A stretch of DNA of 40,000 nucleotides. Source: an uncultured Actinomycetes bacterium. Lineage in GTDB: Bacteria > Actinomycetota > Actinomycetes > Acidothermales > Acidothermaceae. The stretch covers positions 15,632 to 55,631 of the forward strand of contig CAVTTP010000008.1 in the NCBI GenBank assembly GCA_963737705.1. Direction: 5' to 3'. This document shows positions 26,437 through 35,782 of this stretch, one piece after another (within the stretch, counting starts at the first letter, position 1; each line of letters begins with the position of its first letter). The notes under the pieces are model-generated. The model was not told the DNA's origin. It saw only the letters and a program-made list of their open reading frames with translations, and did no database searches. The translations under genes were made by a program, and so were the position numbers.

Positions 26437-28260
26437 GTGATCGGAGACCCGACCCCCGTGCGCGTGACGACCGCCGAGAAGCCGGCCGCGCCATCCTGGC
26501 GACCCGCGCATGCGGTAGGGGAGCGCCGGTCGCATCGGCGGTGGGTGCCGCTTGTCGCCGGTGTCTTGACGTTCTTGCTCGGCGTGCGCGACATCGCGAT
26601 GGTCGTGCGGCCGCACCTGTGGGAACGGGTCAAAGTCATCAACCACGTGTTGCCGGGCAAGATCGACCAGGCCGTGGTGCACGGCGCTGTCGGGGCGACG
26701 CTGGTCGTCGCCGGTGCGTTGCTCATCTTGCTCTCGCACGCGCTTCGCCGACGCAAGCGCCGAGCATGGCGAGCCGTCGTCGCGATCCTTCTCGTCACCG
26801 CAACGTTGCACCTCGTGCACGGGCCGATCACCTGGCGCGAGACAGTCGGTTGGCTGCCGCTCGATGCTGTGTTCGTCATTGCGCTCGTGCTGTACCGCAA
26901 AGAGTTCTTTGCCGTCGGCGATCCCCGCACCCGCTGGTTGGCGCTGTGGGCATTCGTGGGGCTTGCCGCGGGCACCTTCGTGGTCGGCACTCTGCTGATC
27001 GAGGTGCGGCCGAACGAGGTTGTTGGATCAGCCGGTTTCCTCACGGTTGCGCAACACGTGCTCTATGGGATGGTCGGGATCTCTGGACACATCCAATTCC
27101 GTAATGACAGATCGTCTGACCTCATCACCTGGACGCTTGGCACTATGGGCGCCTTCACCGCGTTGACCACGGTGTATCTGTTGTTCCGGCCGGCCGAGCC
27201 GCGGGCGAGCTTGAGGGCCGACGACGAAGTGCAAATGCGCGACCTGCTGACGAAGAACGGTGAGCTCGACTCCCTGGGCTATTTCGCACTGCGCCGCGAC
27301 AAGAGCGTCATCTGGTCGGCGACGCGAAAGTCATGCATTGCCTACCGGGTGCTGTCTGGAGTCATGCTCGCGACAGGCGATCCCTTGGGTGACCCCGAGG
27401 CATGGCCAGGTGCCATCAAGGAATTCATGGTCGAGGCCGAACGGCACGCGTGGGTGCCTGCCGTCCTGGCCTGCAGCGAGCTTGGTGGTGACGTGTGGAC
27501 TCGCGAGACGGAGATGTCGGCGCTCGAGTTCGGCGACGAAGCCATTGTCGATGTCAGCGAGTTCAGCCTCGACGGTCGCACGATGCGCAACGTGCGACAG
27601 ATGGTGAATCGCGTCGAGCGCGCCGGCTACACCGCCGAGATCTACCGGGTGCGAGATCTCACTCCTGAGATGTCGACGATGTTCCGGCGGCAGGCCGAGT
27701 CGTGGCGTGGTGCAGAGACCGAACGCGGCTACTCGATGGCGCTTGGTCGCCTCGGCGACCCCGCCGACGGCGATTGCGTGGCTGTCGCCGCCATGAAGGA
27801 CGGTATGTTGCGCGCGTTTCTGTACTTCGTGCCGTGGGGCTCTGACGGGCTCTCACTGGATCTGATGCGACGCGACCGGGCCGCGGATCCGGGACTCAAC
27901 GAGTACCTGATCACGGCGGCTTTGCGGGCTTGTCCTCGTCTTGGGGTGACCCGTATGTCGCTGAACTTCGCAGTGTTCCGGTCGGCACTCGAGCGCGGCG
28001 GCCGACTCGGGGCCGGGCCCGTCATCAGGGCATGGCGCGCGATCCTCGTGTTCGCTTCGCGCTGGTTCCAGATCGAGTCGCTGTACCGCTTCAACGCGAA
28101 GTTCCAGCCGGAGTGGCAGCCGCGCTACATCGTCTTCCCCGGCGCCAGTGATCTGCCGCGTATCGCCATCGCCGCACTCGAAGCAGAGGCGTTCATCGTG
28201 TGGCCGCACCCGCGTATTCGCCAGCTGCGCAAGCTGATGCGGCTTGGCCCTGCAGCGTGA
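26437..28260 (+). CDS. Membrane protein with MprF/LysX-type aminoacyl-phosphatidylglycerol synthase domain (DUF2156)
   Basis: The N-terminal ~250 aa are hydrophobic with multiple TM-like segments. The C-terminal domain has YFALRRDKSVIW, GDPLGDP and the family-typical end LYRFNAKFQPEWQPRYIVF. Confidence 0.8.
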   Translation: MIGDPTPVRVTTAEKPAAPSWRPAHAVGERRSHRRWVPLVAGVLTFLLGVRDIAMVVRPHLWERVKVINHVLPGKIDQAVVHGAVGATLVVAGALLILLSHALRRRKRRAWRAVVAILLVTATLHLVHGPITWRETVGWLPLDAVFVIALVLYRKEFFAVGDPRTRWLALWAFVGLAAGTFVVGTLLIEVRPNEVVGSAGFLTVAQHVLYGMVGISGHIQFRNDRSSDLITWTLGTMGAFTALTTVYLLFRPAEPRASLRADDEVQMRDLLTKNGELDSLGYFALRRDKSVIWSATRKSCIAYRVLSGVMLATGDPLGDPEAWPGAIKEFMVEAERHAWVPAVLACSELGGDVWTRETEMSALEFGDEAIVDVSEFSLDGRTMRNVRQMVNRVERAGYTAEIYRVRDLTPEMSTMFRRQAESWRGAETERGYSMALGRLGDPADGDCVAVAAMKDGMLRAFLYFVPWGSDGLSLDLMRRDRAADPGLNEYLITAALRACPRLGVTRMSLNFAVFRSALERGGRLGAGPVIRAWRAILVFASRWFQIESLYRFNAKFQPEWQPRYIVFPGASDLPRIAIAALEAEAFIVWPHPRIRQLRKLMRLGPAA

Positions 28261-29117
28261 GCCAGTTGGTGGGCTTTCCCGACTTGGGTCGCTGCCGGGT
28301 CATGGGCGTCGTGAACGTCACGCCCGACTCGTTTTCTGACGGCGGCCAGTGGTTCGACGCCGACGCTGCGATCGAGCACGGGCTCGAACTGGTGGCCGCT
28401 GGTGCCGACATCGTCGACGTCGGTGGCGAATCCACCCGGCCGGGCGCTGTGCGGGTCGATGCCGAGGAGGAGTTGCGTCGGGTCATTCCCGTCATCGACA
28501 AGCTTGCGGCGTCTGGAGCAACGGTAAGTGTCGACACCATGCACGCTGATGTCGCGCGTCAGGCAGTTGATGCTGGCGCGGTGCTGGTGAACGACGTCAG
28601 CGGCGGGCTCGCCGACCCAGCGATGGTGCCATTCATCGCGGCGTCCGGCTTACCGTTCGTCGTCATGCATTGGCGAGGGCACAGCGCGGACATGCAGAGG
28701 CGCGCGGCGTATGACGACGTCGTCGCTGACGTTCGGCGTGAACTCGAGGCGCGCGTCGCGGCTATCGTCGACGCCGGCGCGAGTGTTGAGCAACTTGTTC
28801 TCGATCCTGGCCTTGGCTTTGCCAAGAGTCCTGACGGTGACGACAACTGGGCGTTGCTCCGCAATCTCGACGCCTTGATGTCCCTCGACCGGCCGGTGTT
28901 GATTGGCGCTTCGCGCAAAGCATTCCTTGGCCGGCTACTTGCGCACGACGGCGTGCCCCGACCTCCAGCTGAGCGTGACCATGCCAGCTCTGCCGTCACT
29001 GCATTGGCGGCTGCTGCGGGCGCGTGGGCGGTGCGGGTGCATGACGTCGTCGCAGACGTTGATGCAGTGCGCGTCGCGGCGCGTTGGAGCACAGGTGAAC
29101 GGAGCACAGGGCTGTGA
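28257..29117 (+). CDS. folP: Dihydropteroate synthase
   Basis: GTG 28257 overlaps the upstream stop (GTGA). Motifs VMGVVNVTPDSFSDGG, DIVDVGGESTRPG and GASRKAFLG. Confidence 0.93.
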   Translation: MSQLVGFPDLGRCRVMGVVNVTPDSFSDGGQWFDADAAIEHGLELVAAGADIVDVGGESTRPGAVRVDAEEELRRVIPVIDKLAASGATVSVDTMHADVARQAVDAGAVLVNDVSGGLADPAMVPFIAASGLPFVVMHWRGHSADMQRRAAYDDVVADVRRELEARVAAIVDAGASVEQLVLDPGLGFAKSPDGDDNWALLRNLDALMSLDRPVLIGASRKAFLGRLLAHDGVPRPPAERDHASSAVTALAAAAGAWAVRVHDVVADVDAVRVAARWSTGERSTGL

Positions 29118-29497
29118 GCGACCGCATCGAGCTGCGCGGCCTGCTTGTCCGCGGACACCACGGCGTGTTCGAGTCCGAACGAGCGGAAGGCCAGGACTTC
29201 GTCGTCGATGTCGCACTTGACGTCGACATCTCGGCTGCCGCTCGGTCGGACGACTTGGCCGACACCACCGACTACGGTGCGCTTGCACTCACCATTGCCG
29301 CCATCGTGTCTGGCGAGCCGGTGAATCTACTTGAGACACTTGCTGACCGCATCGCGACGGCCTGCTTGGCTGATCTGCGCGTGACATCGGTCGAGGTCAG
29401 CGTGCACAAGCCCGCGGCGCCGATTCCCCTGACATTCGATGACGTGGTCGTCACCATCGTGCGTGGCAGGGCGTCTCACGATAAGAACAGCGCATGA
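29114..29497 (+). CDS. folB: Dihydroneopterin aldolase
   Basis: 127 aa beginning IELRGLLVRGHHGVFESERAEGQDFVVDV. GTGA overlap with folP. Confidence 0.9.
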   Translation: MSDRIELRGLLVRGHHGVFESERAEGQDFVVDVALDVDISAAARSDDLADTTDYGALALTIAAIVSGEPVNLLETLADRIATACLADLRVTSVEVSVHKPAAPIPLTFDDVVVTIVRGRASHDKNSA

Positions 29498-30012
29498 GGG
29501 CGGTGCTCGCGTTAGGCGCCAACCTTGGGGATCGGGCCGCAACGCTACAAGCTGCGCTCGACGGACTCGCTGCGCAAACGCAGGTGGTCGCAGTGTCGGC
29601 AATCTTTGAGACCGCGCCCGTGGGCGGTCCAGCTCAGCCCGACTTCTACAACGCGGTCGTGCTCGTCGACACACCATTGACCGCGTCGGATTTGCTGGCC
29701 GTCGCACATTCCCTTGAAGCCGCTGCGGGTCGGGTGCGGCTCGAGCATTGGGGCCCCCGAACGCTGGACGTCGATGTGCTGGCCTACGGCGATGAGCGAA
29801 GCGACGATCCAGATCTGACACTGCCGCACCCGCGTGCGCACGAGCGCGCCTTCGTCGTACTGCCGTGGTTGGAGGTCGAACCGGACGGCGCCATAGACGG
29901 CTACGGGACGCTCAAGGAGTTGGCCACGAAGCTTGGCACTGATGGGGTGCGCCGACTCGATGCGCCGGTACTTCGAACACCTCGACTTCCGTCTGCGGGT
30001 GTTGTCACGTGA
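29494..30012 (+). CDS. folK: 2-amino-4-hydroxy-6-hydroxymethyldihydropteridine pyrophosphokinase
   Basis: 172 aa with ALGANLGDR, WGPRTLDVDVL and LPHPRAHERAFVLVP-like motifs. ATGA overlap with folB. Confidence 0.9.
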   Translation: MRAVLALGANLGDRAATLQAALDGLAAQTQVVAVSAIFETAPVGGPAQPDFYNAVVLVDTPLTASDLLAVAHSLEAAAGRVRLEHWGPRTLDVDVLAYGDERSDDPDLTLPHPRAHERAFVVLPWLEVEPDGAIDGYGTLKELATKLGTDGVRRLDAPVLRTPRLPSAGVVT

Positions 30013-30458
30013 CCCCCACCCGCACGTCGATCCTTGCTGCGCTCGCGGTTGGCGTGGGCCTCGTAAGTTGGCTCCTCGTGCGCGCGTATTACAGTTCGCT
30101 ACCCGCGTTGCCGATCGTCGGACCGATCTCGCTCGTTCTCCTCGCCGGCTTCGAGATGACGTACGGATTCTCCGTTCGCTCGCGACTGCGCAACCCCGGC
30201 AACCGGCCGCTCGAACCGCTGTTCGTGGCCAAGCTCGCCGTCCTTGCAAAGGCGAGCAGTCATGCGGCCGCGATCATCGCCGGGCTGTACGGCGGGTTCC
30301 TCGTCTACACGCTGACGAAACTCGGAAATCCACGAGTCAACGACGACAGCCGCGCGAGTGGGCTCAGTGTCGTCGCCTCGCTTGCCCTGGTCGGGGCGGC
30401 GCTCTTCCTTGAATACAGTTGCCGCGTCCCACGGGAGCCTGATGAGCGCAGCCGTTAA
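30009..30458 (+). CDS. DUF3180-family small membrane protein
   Basis: 149 aa with four hydrophobic segments. It has a GTGA overlap with folK and occupies the conserved position after folK in actinobacteria. Confidence 0.75.
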   Translation: MTPTRTSILAALAVGVGLVSWLLVRAYYSSLPALPIVGPISLVLLAGFEMTYGFSVRSRLRNPGNRPLEPLFVAKLAVLAKASSHAAAIIAGLYGGFLVYTLTKLGNPRVNDDSRASGLSVVASLALVGAALFLEYSCRVPREPDERSR

Positions 30459-30479
30459 CCCGATGCGTGCGGCGCTACT

Positions 30480-30977
30480 GTGAACGTCATGCAGGAAGCG
30501 TTCGCTTCGCCCGTCGAGAGTTGGGTGCGCGTCTCCACCAAGATGCGCACGATGCGCCGGGCCTTGCTTGTCGCGTTGGGCGTCGTGGTGGCGCTGGCGG
30601 CAGCCGTTATCTCCGTGGTTGCGGGGTCGGTTCTGGCTGCCGTCGTGGCGGTTGTCGTGGTGATCGCGATCTGCGCAGTCGTTTTTGTGGTCATCGGGCG
30701 CAACTACGACTCGTGGGGGTACGCAGAGCGTGGTGCTGACCTGCTGGTGACGCATGGCGTCATGTGGCGCCGGCTCGTCGTCGTCCCGTATGGCCGCATG
30801 CAACTGGTCGATGTCACGGCGGGTCCGATCGAACGCAAGTTCGGCATCTCAACGTTGCGGTTGCACACCGCGTCTGCCGGGACTGACGCGCGGATCCACG
30901 GACTCACCCCGGCCGAAGCCAACAGGTTGCGCGACCGCCTCGCCGCGCTCGGCGAATCGCAATCGGCCGGGCTGTGA
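30480..30977 (+). CDS. Bacterial PH-domain (bPH_2, YdbS-like) membrane protein
   Basis: A TM hairpin is followed by ..LLVTHGVMWRRLVVVPYGRMQLVDVTAGPIERKFGISTLRLHTA. ATG 30489 is an alternative start. Confidence 0.8.
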   Translation: MNVMQEAFASPVESWVRVSTKMRTMRRALLVALGVVVALAAAVISVVAGSVLAAVVAVVVVIAICAVVFVVIGRNYDSWGYAERGADLLVTHGVMWRRLVVVPYGRMQLVDVTAGPIERKFGISTLRLHTASAGTDARIHGLTPAEANRLRDRLAALGESQSAGL

Positions 30978-32338
30978 CCGCACCGGACAGTCAGGCCCTC
31001 TCTCGGGACGAAAGCGGGCACGCACGCGGTGGGCGCCTGCATCCCCTGACGCCGATTGTTCGAGCAGCAAGGGTGCTCGTGTCGTTGGCTGCGGTGGGCA
31101 CCTACAACCTGGAAAAAGTCCGGCATGCCGGCTGGTGGTTACCGGTGATCGTGGTCGGCGTTCTGCTCGTCGGATTAGTCGCCAGCGCGCTCTCGTGGGC
31201 TTTCACCAGATTTTCCATCGACGGTGGCGAAGTACACATCGATTCCGGTGTGCTGTTCCGGCGGTCGCGCCAAGTACGCATCGACAGGCTGCAGGCGATC
31301 GACATCGTGCAGCCGTTGCTGGCGCGCGCACTCGGACTCGCCGAGTTAAAGCTCGACATGGCCGGCGGTTCGGAGGGTCGGGTGCGGTTGGGCTACTTGC
31401 GGCTCGACGAGGCACAGGCATTGCGGGCTGCGTTGCTCGCGATGGCCGCCGGTCTCGACCACCGCACCCCCGAAGCGCCGCAGCGGCCGTTGGTGCATTG
31501 CTCGGGCGGTCAGATCGTGGGTAGTGCACTTCTCTCGACGCCGGCGTTGATCGGCTTCATCTGGGTCGCCGCGTTTTTAGCGGGTGCGATCGCGTCGCGC
31601 CATCCGGGCGTCTTCACCGGCGCGCTGGCCGGTGTTGTCAGCGTATTCAGTGCAGTGTGGCAGACGATCCAGCGGCATTTCGGTTTCACCGTGGCCGATT
31701 CGCCCGACGGCTTACGCCTGCGGCATGGTCTTTTCGAGACGCGAGCGCAGACGGTCCCGCCAGGTCGGGTGCAGGCCGTTCGCATCGTGCAGCCGTTGAT
31801 GTGGCGGGTCTTCGGTTGGGTGCGCGTCGACGCGAACATCGCCGGCTATGCAGGGCATCGCGCGGAGGACGGCCGCGAGCACAACTCGGTGCTGCTGCCA
31901 GTGGGTTCGCGCGAGCAGGCGTTGCTCGTCGTCAGTCGTGCGTTGCCAGGGGTCGACATCGACGCGGTTCCCATGACACGGGTGCCGGGCCGGGCGAAGT
32001 GGCGCTCGCCGTTGCTCTGGTGGACCTACCGCGCGGGCGCCGACGAGGCGATCGTCAGCGTACGCAGTGGGCTGCTAACCAAGGTGCACGCCGTCATGCG
32101 GCACGAGAAGATTCAGAGCGTGCGGTTGTCCGTCGGACCGTGGCAACGCGCGCTTCGACTCGCGACGGTGCACGTCGACTCGACGAAGGGTCCAGTCGAT
32201 GTGGTGCTGCGTCATCGCGACCTCGGTGAGGGTCGCCGCATTGTCGATGCCGAAGTGGTGTGGGCCGAACGCGGCCGTGCGCTGCGCATGCCCGATCGGT
32301 GGATGACAACGAATTCGGGTCCTGCCACAACCGGGTAG
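30974..32338 (+). CDS. YdbT-like membrane protein with repeated bPH_2 domains
   Basis: 454 aa with a GTGA overlap with the preceding gene. It has repeated G.LFRR...V...R.Q...V.QP-type PH-domain segments separated by TM pairs. Confidence 0.8.
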   Translation: MTAPDSQALSRDESGHARGGRLHPLTPIVRAARVLVSLAAVGTYNLEKVRHAGWWLPVIVVGVLLVGLVASALSWAFTRFSIDGGEVHIDSGVLFRRSRQVRIDRLQAIDIVQPLLARALGLAELKLDMAGGSEGRVRLGYLRLDEAQALRAALLAMAAGLDHRTPEAPQRPLVHCSGGQIVGSALLSTPALIGFIWVAAFLAGAIASRHPGVFTGALAGVVSVFSAVWQTIQRHFGFTVADSPDGLRLRHGLFETRAQTVPPGRVQAVRIVQPLMWRVFGWVRVDANIAGYAGHRAEDGREHNSVLLPVGSREQALLVVSRALPGVDIDAVPMTRVPGRAKWRSPLLWWTYRAGADEAIVSVRSGLLTKVHAVMRHEKIQSVRLSVGPWQRALRLATVHVDSTKGPVDVVLRHRDLGEGRRIVDAEVVWAERGRALRMPDRWMTTNSGPATTG

Positions 32339-32400
32339 GCTCGGCGGGGTCCGGTACCCACGGTGTGGTCTAAAACTGCCAAGGACTGGAACTACCGATT

Positions 32401-33303
32401 GTGAGTCAGTTCGCCCCGCACACCAGGCCCGGCCGCTTAGCCGTCGGCGTCATCTCCGCAGGCCGCGTCGGCGCGGTGCTCGGTGCCGCACTTGCCCGAG
32501 CAGGTCACCGGGTTGTCGCCGTGTCAGCTGTGTCATCGGCGTCGCGCCGTCGTGCCTCGTCGTTGCTGCCCGACGTCGCGCTCCGTACCCCCGACGAGAT
32601 CGGGCCGGACGTCGACCTGTTGCTGCTTGCGGTACCCGACGACGCACTGCCAGCACTCGTCGAAGGTCTCGTCAACGCCGACGCGTTGCATGCCGGACAG
32701 TTCGTGATGCACACGTCTGGCCGCTACGGCATTGACGTGTTGTCGCCGGCGACCGCGATAGGCACCCTGCCCCTCGCGCTGCACCCGGTCATGACTTTCA
32801 CTGGCACCAGCATCGACCTCGACCGACTCACCGGTGTGTGCTTCGGCGTGACATCCGTGCCTGTTCTTCGACCCGTCGCCGAAGCGCTCGTGCTCGAGAT
32901 GGGTGGCGAGCCGGTCTGGATCGACGAGGCAGATCGGGTGCTTTACCACGCGGCGCTCGCGCACGGCGCGAACCATCTCGTGACCCTGGTCGCCTCATCG
33001 ATGGACCTCCTTCGTGCAGCCGGTGTCGAGAATCCGCAGCGGCTGCTCGGGCCGTTGCTATCGGCGGCGCTCGACAACGCCTTGCGTCACGGTGACGCCG
33101 GGCTGACCGGGCCTGTCGTTCGCGGTGACGCCGGTACCGTCGCCGCGCATGTCGACGCGCTGATGCGGGTTAGTCCGGAAACCGCCGCTGCATACATCGC
33201 GATGGCGAGGCTAACCGCCGACCGCGCCCTTGCCGCCGGGCTGTTGCCCGCCGACGACGCGGCCGCCCTCCTCGGCGTCCTGTCTCGAAGGTCGAACTCG
33301 TGA
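32401..33303 (+). CDS. Rossmann-like + DUF2520 domain protein (possible PanG-type ketopantoate reductase)
   Basis: The N-terminal dinucleotide-binding loop is VGVISAGRVGAVLGAAL. The stop overlaps the panC start. The PanG assignment is from memory of the family and needs checking. Confidence 0.7.
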   Translation: MSQFAPHTRPGRLAVGVISAGRVGAVLGAALARAGHRVVAVSAVSSASRRRASSLLPDVALRTPDEIGPDVDLLLLAVPDDALPALVEGLVNADALHAGQFVMHTSGRYGIDVLSPATAIGTLPLALHPVMTFTGTSIDLDRLTGVCFGVTSVPVLRPVAEALVLEMGGEPVWIDEADRVLYHAALAHGANHLVTLVASSMDLLRAAGVENPQRLLGPLLSAALDNALRHGDAGLTGPVVRGDAGTVAAHVDALMRVSPETAAAYIAMARLTADRALAAGLLPADDAAALLGVLSRRSNS

Positions 33304-34151
33304 CTGCCGTCGCCCGCACTCGTGCCGAGCTCGCTGCCGCACGCGCGACGTTAGGCCCGACGATTGCTCTCGTGCCGACACTCGGCGCGTTGCACGAAGG
33401 GCATCGCTCGCTACTGCGACGGGCTCGCGAAATCGCCGACCAGACGGTCGTCAGCATCTTTGTCAATCCGCTGCAGTTCGCGGCTGATGAAGATCTCGAT
33501 CGCTACCCGCGCCCGCTCGAGGCGGATCTCGCGATGTGCGCCGACGAAGGTGTTGCGTTGGCGTTCGTGCCGAGTCGCACCGAGATGTATCCGCGCGAGC
33601 CCGTGGTCCGAGTGGCTGCGGGCGCGATGGGTCAACGATTCGAGGGAGCGAGCCGCCCAGGGCACTTCGACGGGGTGCTGACTGTGGTGGCAAAGCTGTT
33701 CGGACTCGTGCGCCCTGACGTCGCGGTGTTTGGCCGCAAGGACGCCCAGCAACTCGCGCTCGTGCGGGCGATGGTCGCCGATCTTGACCTGCCGGTCCGC
33801 ATCGACGCTGCACCGCTCATTCGGGACGTCGACGGGCTCGCGCTGTCGAGCCGCAACGCTTACCTGACGGCGCAGGATCGGGTCGCAGCGCTCGCGTTGT
33901 CGCGCGCACTGCAGGCCGGCGTTCAGGTCGCCAGGGGCGGTTCGGCGCCAGCCGCCATCGTGGCCGCCGCCCGCGAGGTGCTCGACCGCGAGGGCGGGCT
34001 GGAAACCGATTACGTCGCGCTCGTCGACCCCGATACGTTCGACGATCTCGACCCGAGCGCGAAAGCGGTTCGCCCGGCAGTGCTTGCGGTGGCCGCTCGC
34101 GTGGGGCGGACCAGGTTGATCGACAATGAGTCTGTGGAGGTGACCGGGTGA
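33300..34151 (+). CDS. panC: Pantoate--beta-alanine ligase
   Basis: 283 aa with VPTLGALHEGHRSL (HxGH-type) and FGRKDAQQL motifs. Confidence 0.93.
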   Translation: MTAVARTRAELAAARATLGPTIALVPTLGALHEGHRSLLRRAREIADQTVVSIFVNPLQFAADEDLDRYPRPLEADLAMCADEGVALAFVPSRTEMYPREPVVRVAAGAMGQRFEGASRPGHFDGVLTVVAKLFGLVRPDVAVFGRKDAQQLALVRAMVADLDLPVRIDAAPLIRDVDGLALSSRNAYLTAQDRVAALALSRALQAGVQVARGGSAPAAIVAAAREVLDREGGLETDYVALVDPDTFDDLDPSAKAVRPAVLAVAARVGRTRLIDNESVEVTG

Positions 34152-35782
34152 GCCTGATTCAGCGGCTGGCTGCCCCAGAACCGGGCTGGACAGCGCGCGC
34201 CGACATCGTGGTTGTCGGCAGCGGGATCGCCGGCCTGACCACTGCCCTGAAGGCTCGGCGCGCTGGCACTGTGCTGCTCGTCACGAAGACCGAACTCGAC
34301 GCCGGCTCGACTCGCTGGGCGCAGGGTGGCATCGCCGCCGCACTCGGCCCAGGCGACAGCCCTGCCGACCACCTGACCGACACGCTCGTTGCGGGCGCCG
34401 GCCTGTGCGACGAGGAAGCAGTACGGGTGCTGGTCACCGAAGGGCCGGATCTCGTCCGCGAACTCGTCGAGCTCGGAACCCGCTTCGACCGCGACAACGC
34501 AGGCGACCTCGCACTGACTCGCGAGGGCGGTCACTTGCGACGCCGCATCGCGCATCGGGGCGACGCAACAGGGGCGGAGATCGAGCGCGCGCTGATCGCC
34601 GCGGTCAAGGCGACCGAAGGCATCGAGATCATCGAGCACGCGCTCGTGATCGACCTGCTGAAGACCGTCGACGGCCGGGCCTGCGGTGTGACCCTGCACG
34701 TGATTGGAGCGGGTCGTCGTGACGGCGTCGGAGCTGTTCTCGGCCGCGCTGTCGTACTCGCGACAGGTGGTCTCGGGCAGGTGTTCGCATCGACGACCAA
34801 CCCGCCGGTGGCGACCGGCGACGGCGTCGCGCTCGCACTACGTGCGGGTGCCAGCGTGACCGACATGGAGTTCGTCCAGTTCCACCCGACCGTGTTGTGG
34901 CTCGGGCCTGGTGCGGCCGGACAGCAGCCGCTGATCTCCGAAGCATTGCGCGGTGAGGGTGCGGTGCTCATCGACGTGCTCGGCCGTCGCTTCATGGTCG
35001 GCCAGCACCCGCTGGCTGAGCTCGCGCCGCGCTATGTCGTTGCGCAGGCGATCGTGCGCCAACTTCGCGCGACCGGTGCAGATCATGTGCTGCTCGATGC
35101 TCGCGGAGTGCCCGATCTCGCTGAGCGCTTTCCGACCATTACCGCGTCGTGTCGCGCGAATGGTATCGATCCGGTGACGACACCGATCCCCGTCGTGCCC
35201 GGTGCTCATCACGCGAGCGGTGGAGTGCGCACCGATCTGTTCGGCCGCACCAACGTCCCTGGTTTGTACGCGTGCGGCGAGGTGGCGTGTACCGGAGTGC
35301 ACGGCGCGAACCGGCTGGCCTCGAACAGCCTGCTCGAGGGGTTGGTGTTCGCGGCTCGGATCGCCGACGAGTTGGCACGGTCGTTGCCGCCGACAGGCGA
35401 ACCTGCCATCGATAGGCGGCACGCCGGGTTGCTGCCGGCTTCAGCACTTGTGGGCGTCCAAGCCGCCATGACTGCCGGTGCTGGTGTGCTGCGCAACGCT
35501 GACAGCCTCGCTTCCGCTGCCGCGGCGCTGGACCGGATTGGCGCTGACGATTCGATTGTCGAGCCGTGCGTCGAGGCATGGGAGGCGACCAACTTGCACA
35601 CGGTCGCGAACGCGCTCGTCGCTGGCGCTCAGCTGCGTGCTGAAACGCGCGGCTGTCACTGGCGCGAGGACTATCCCGAGACGTCGCCTGCTTGGCGCGG
35701 GCATCTGGTGACGTCACTCCTCGATGACGGCGTAACGGAAACGGTGTTCGAGGCTGCGCCCGTCGTCGTACTGACTCCATGA
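34148..35782 (+). CDS. nadB: L-aspartate oxidase
   Basis: 544 aa with FAD-binding VVVGSGIAGL, FVQFHPT and GLYACGEVACTGVHGANRLASNSLLE. Confidence 0.93.
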   Translation: MSLIQRLAAPEPGWTARADIVVVGSGIAGLTTALKARRAGTVLLVTKTELDAGSTRWAQGGIAAALGPGDSPADHLTDTLVAGAGLCDEEAVRVLVTEGPDLVRELVELGTRFDRDNAGDLALTREGGHLRRRIAHRGDATGAEIERALIAAVKATEGIEIIEHALVIDLLKTVDGRACGVTLHVIGAGRRDGVGAVLGRAVVLATGGLGQVFASTTNPPVATGDGVALALRAGASVTDMEFVQFHPTVLWLGPGAAGQQPLISEALRGEGAVLIDVLGRRFMVGQHPLAELAPRYVVAQAIVRQLRATGADHVLLDARGVPDLAERFPTITASCRANGIDPVTTPIPVVPGAHHASGGVRTDLFGRTNVPGLYACGEVACTGVHGANRLASNSLLEGLVFAARIADELARSLPPTGEPAIDRRHAGLLPASALVGVQAAMTAGAGVLRNADSLASAAAALDRIGADDSIVEPCVEAWEATNLHTVANALVAGAQLRAETRGCHWREDYPETSPAWRGHLVTSLLDDGVTETVFEAAPVVVLTP

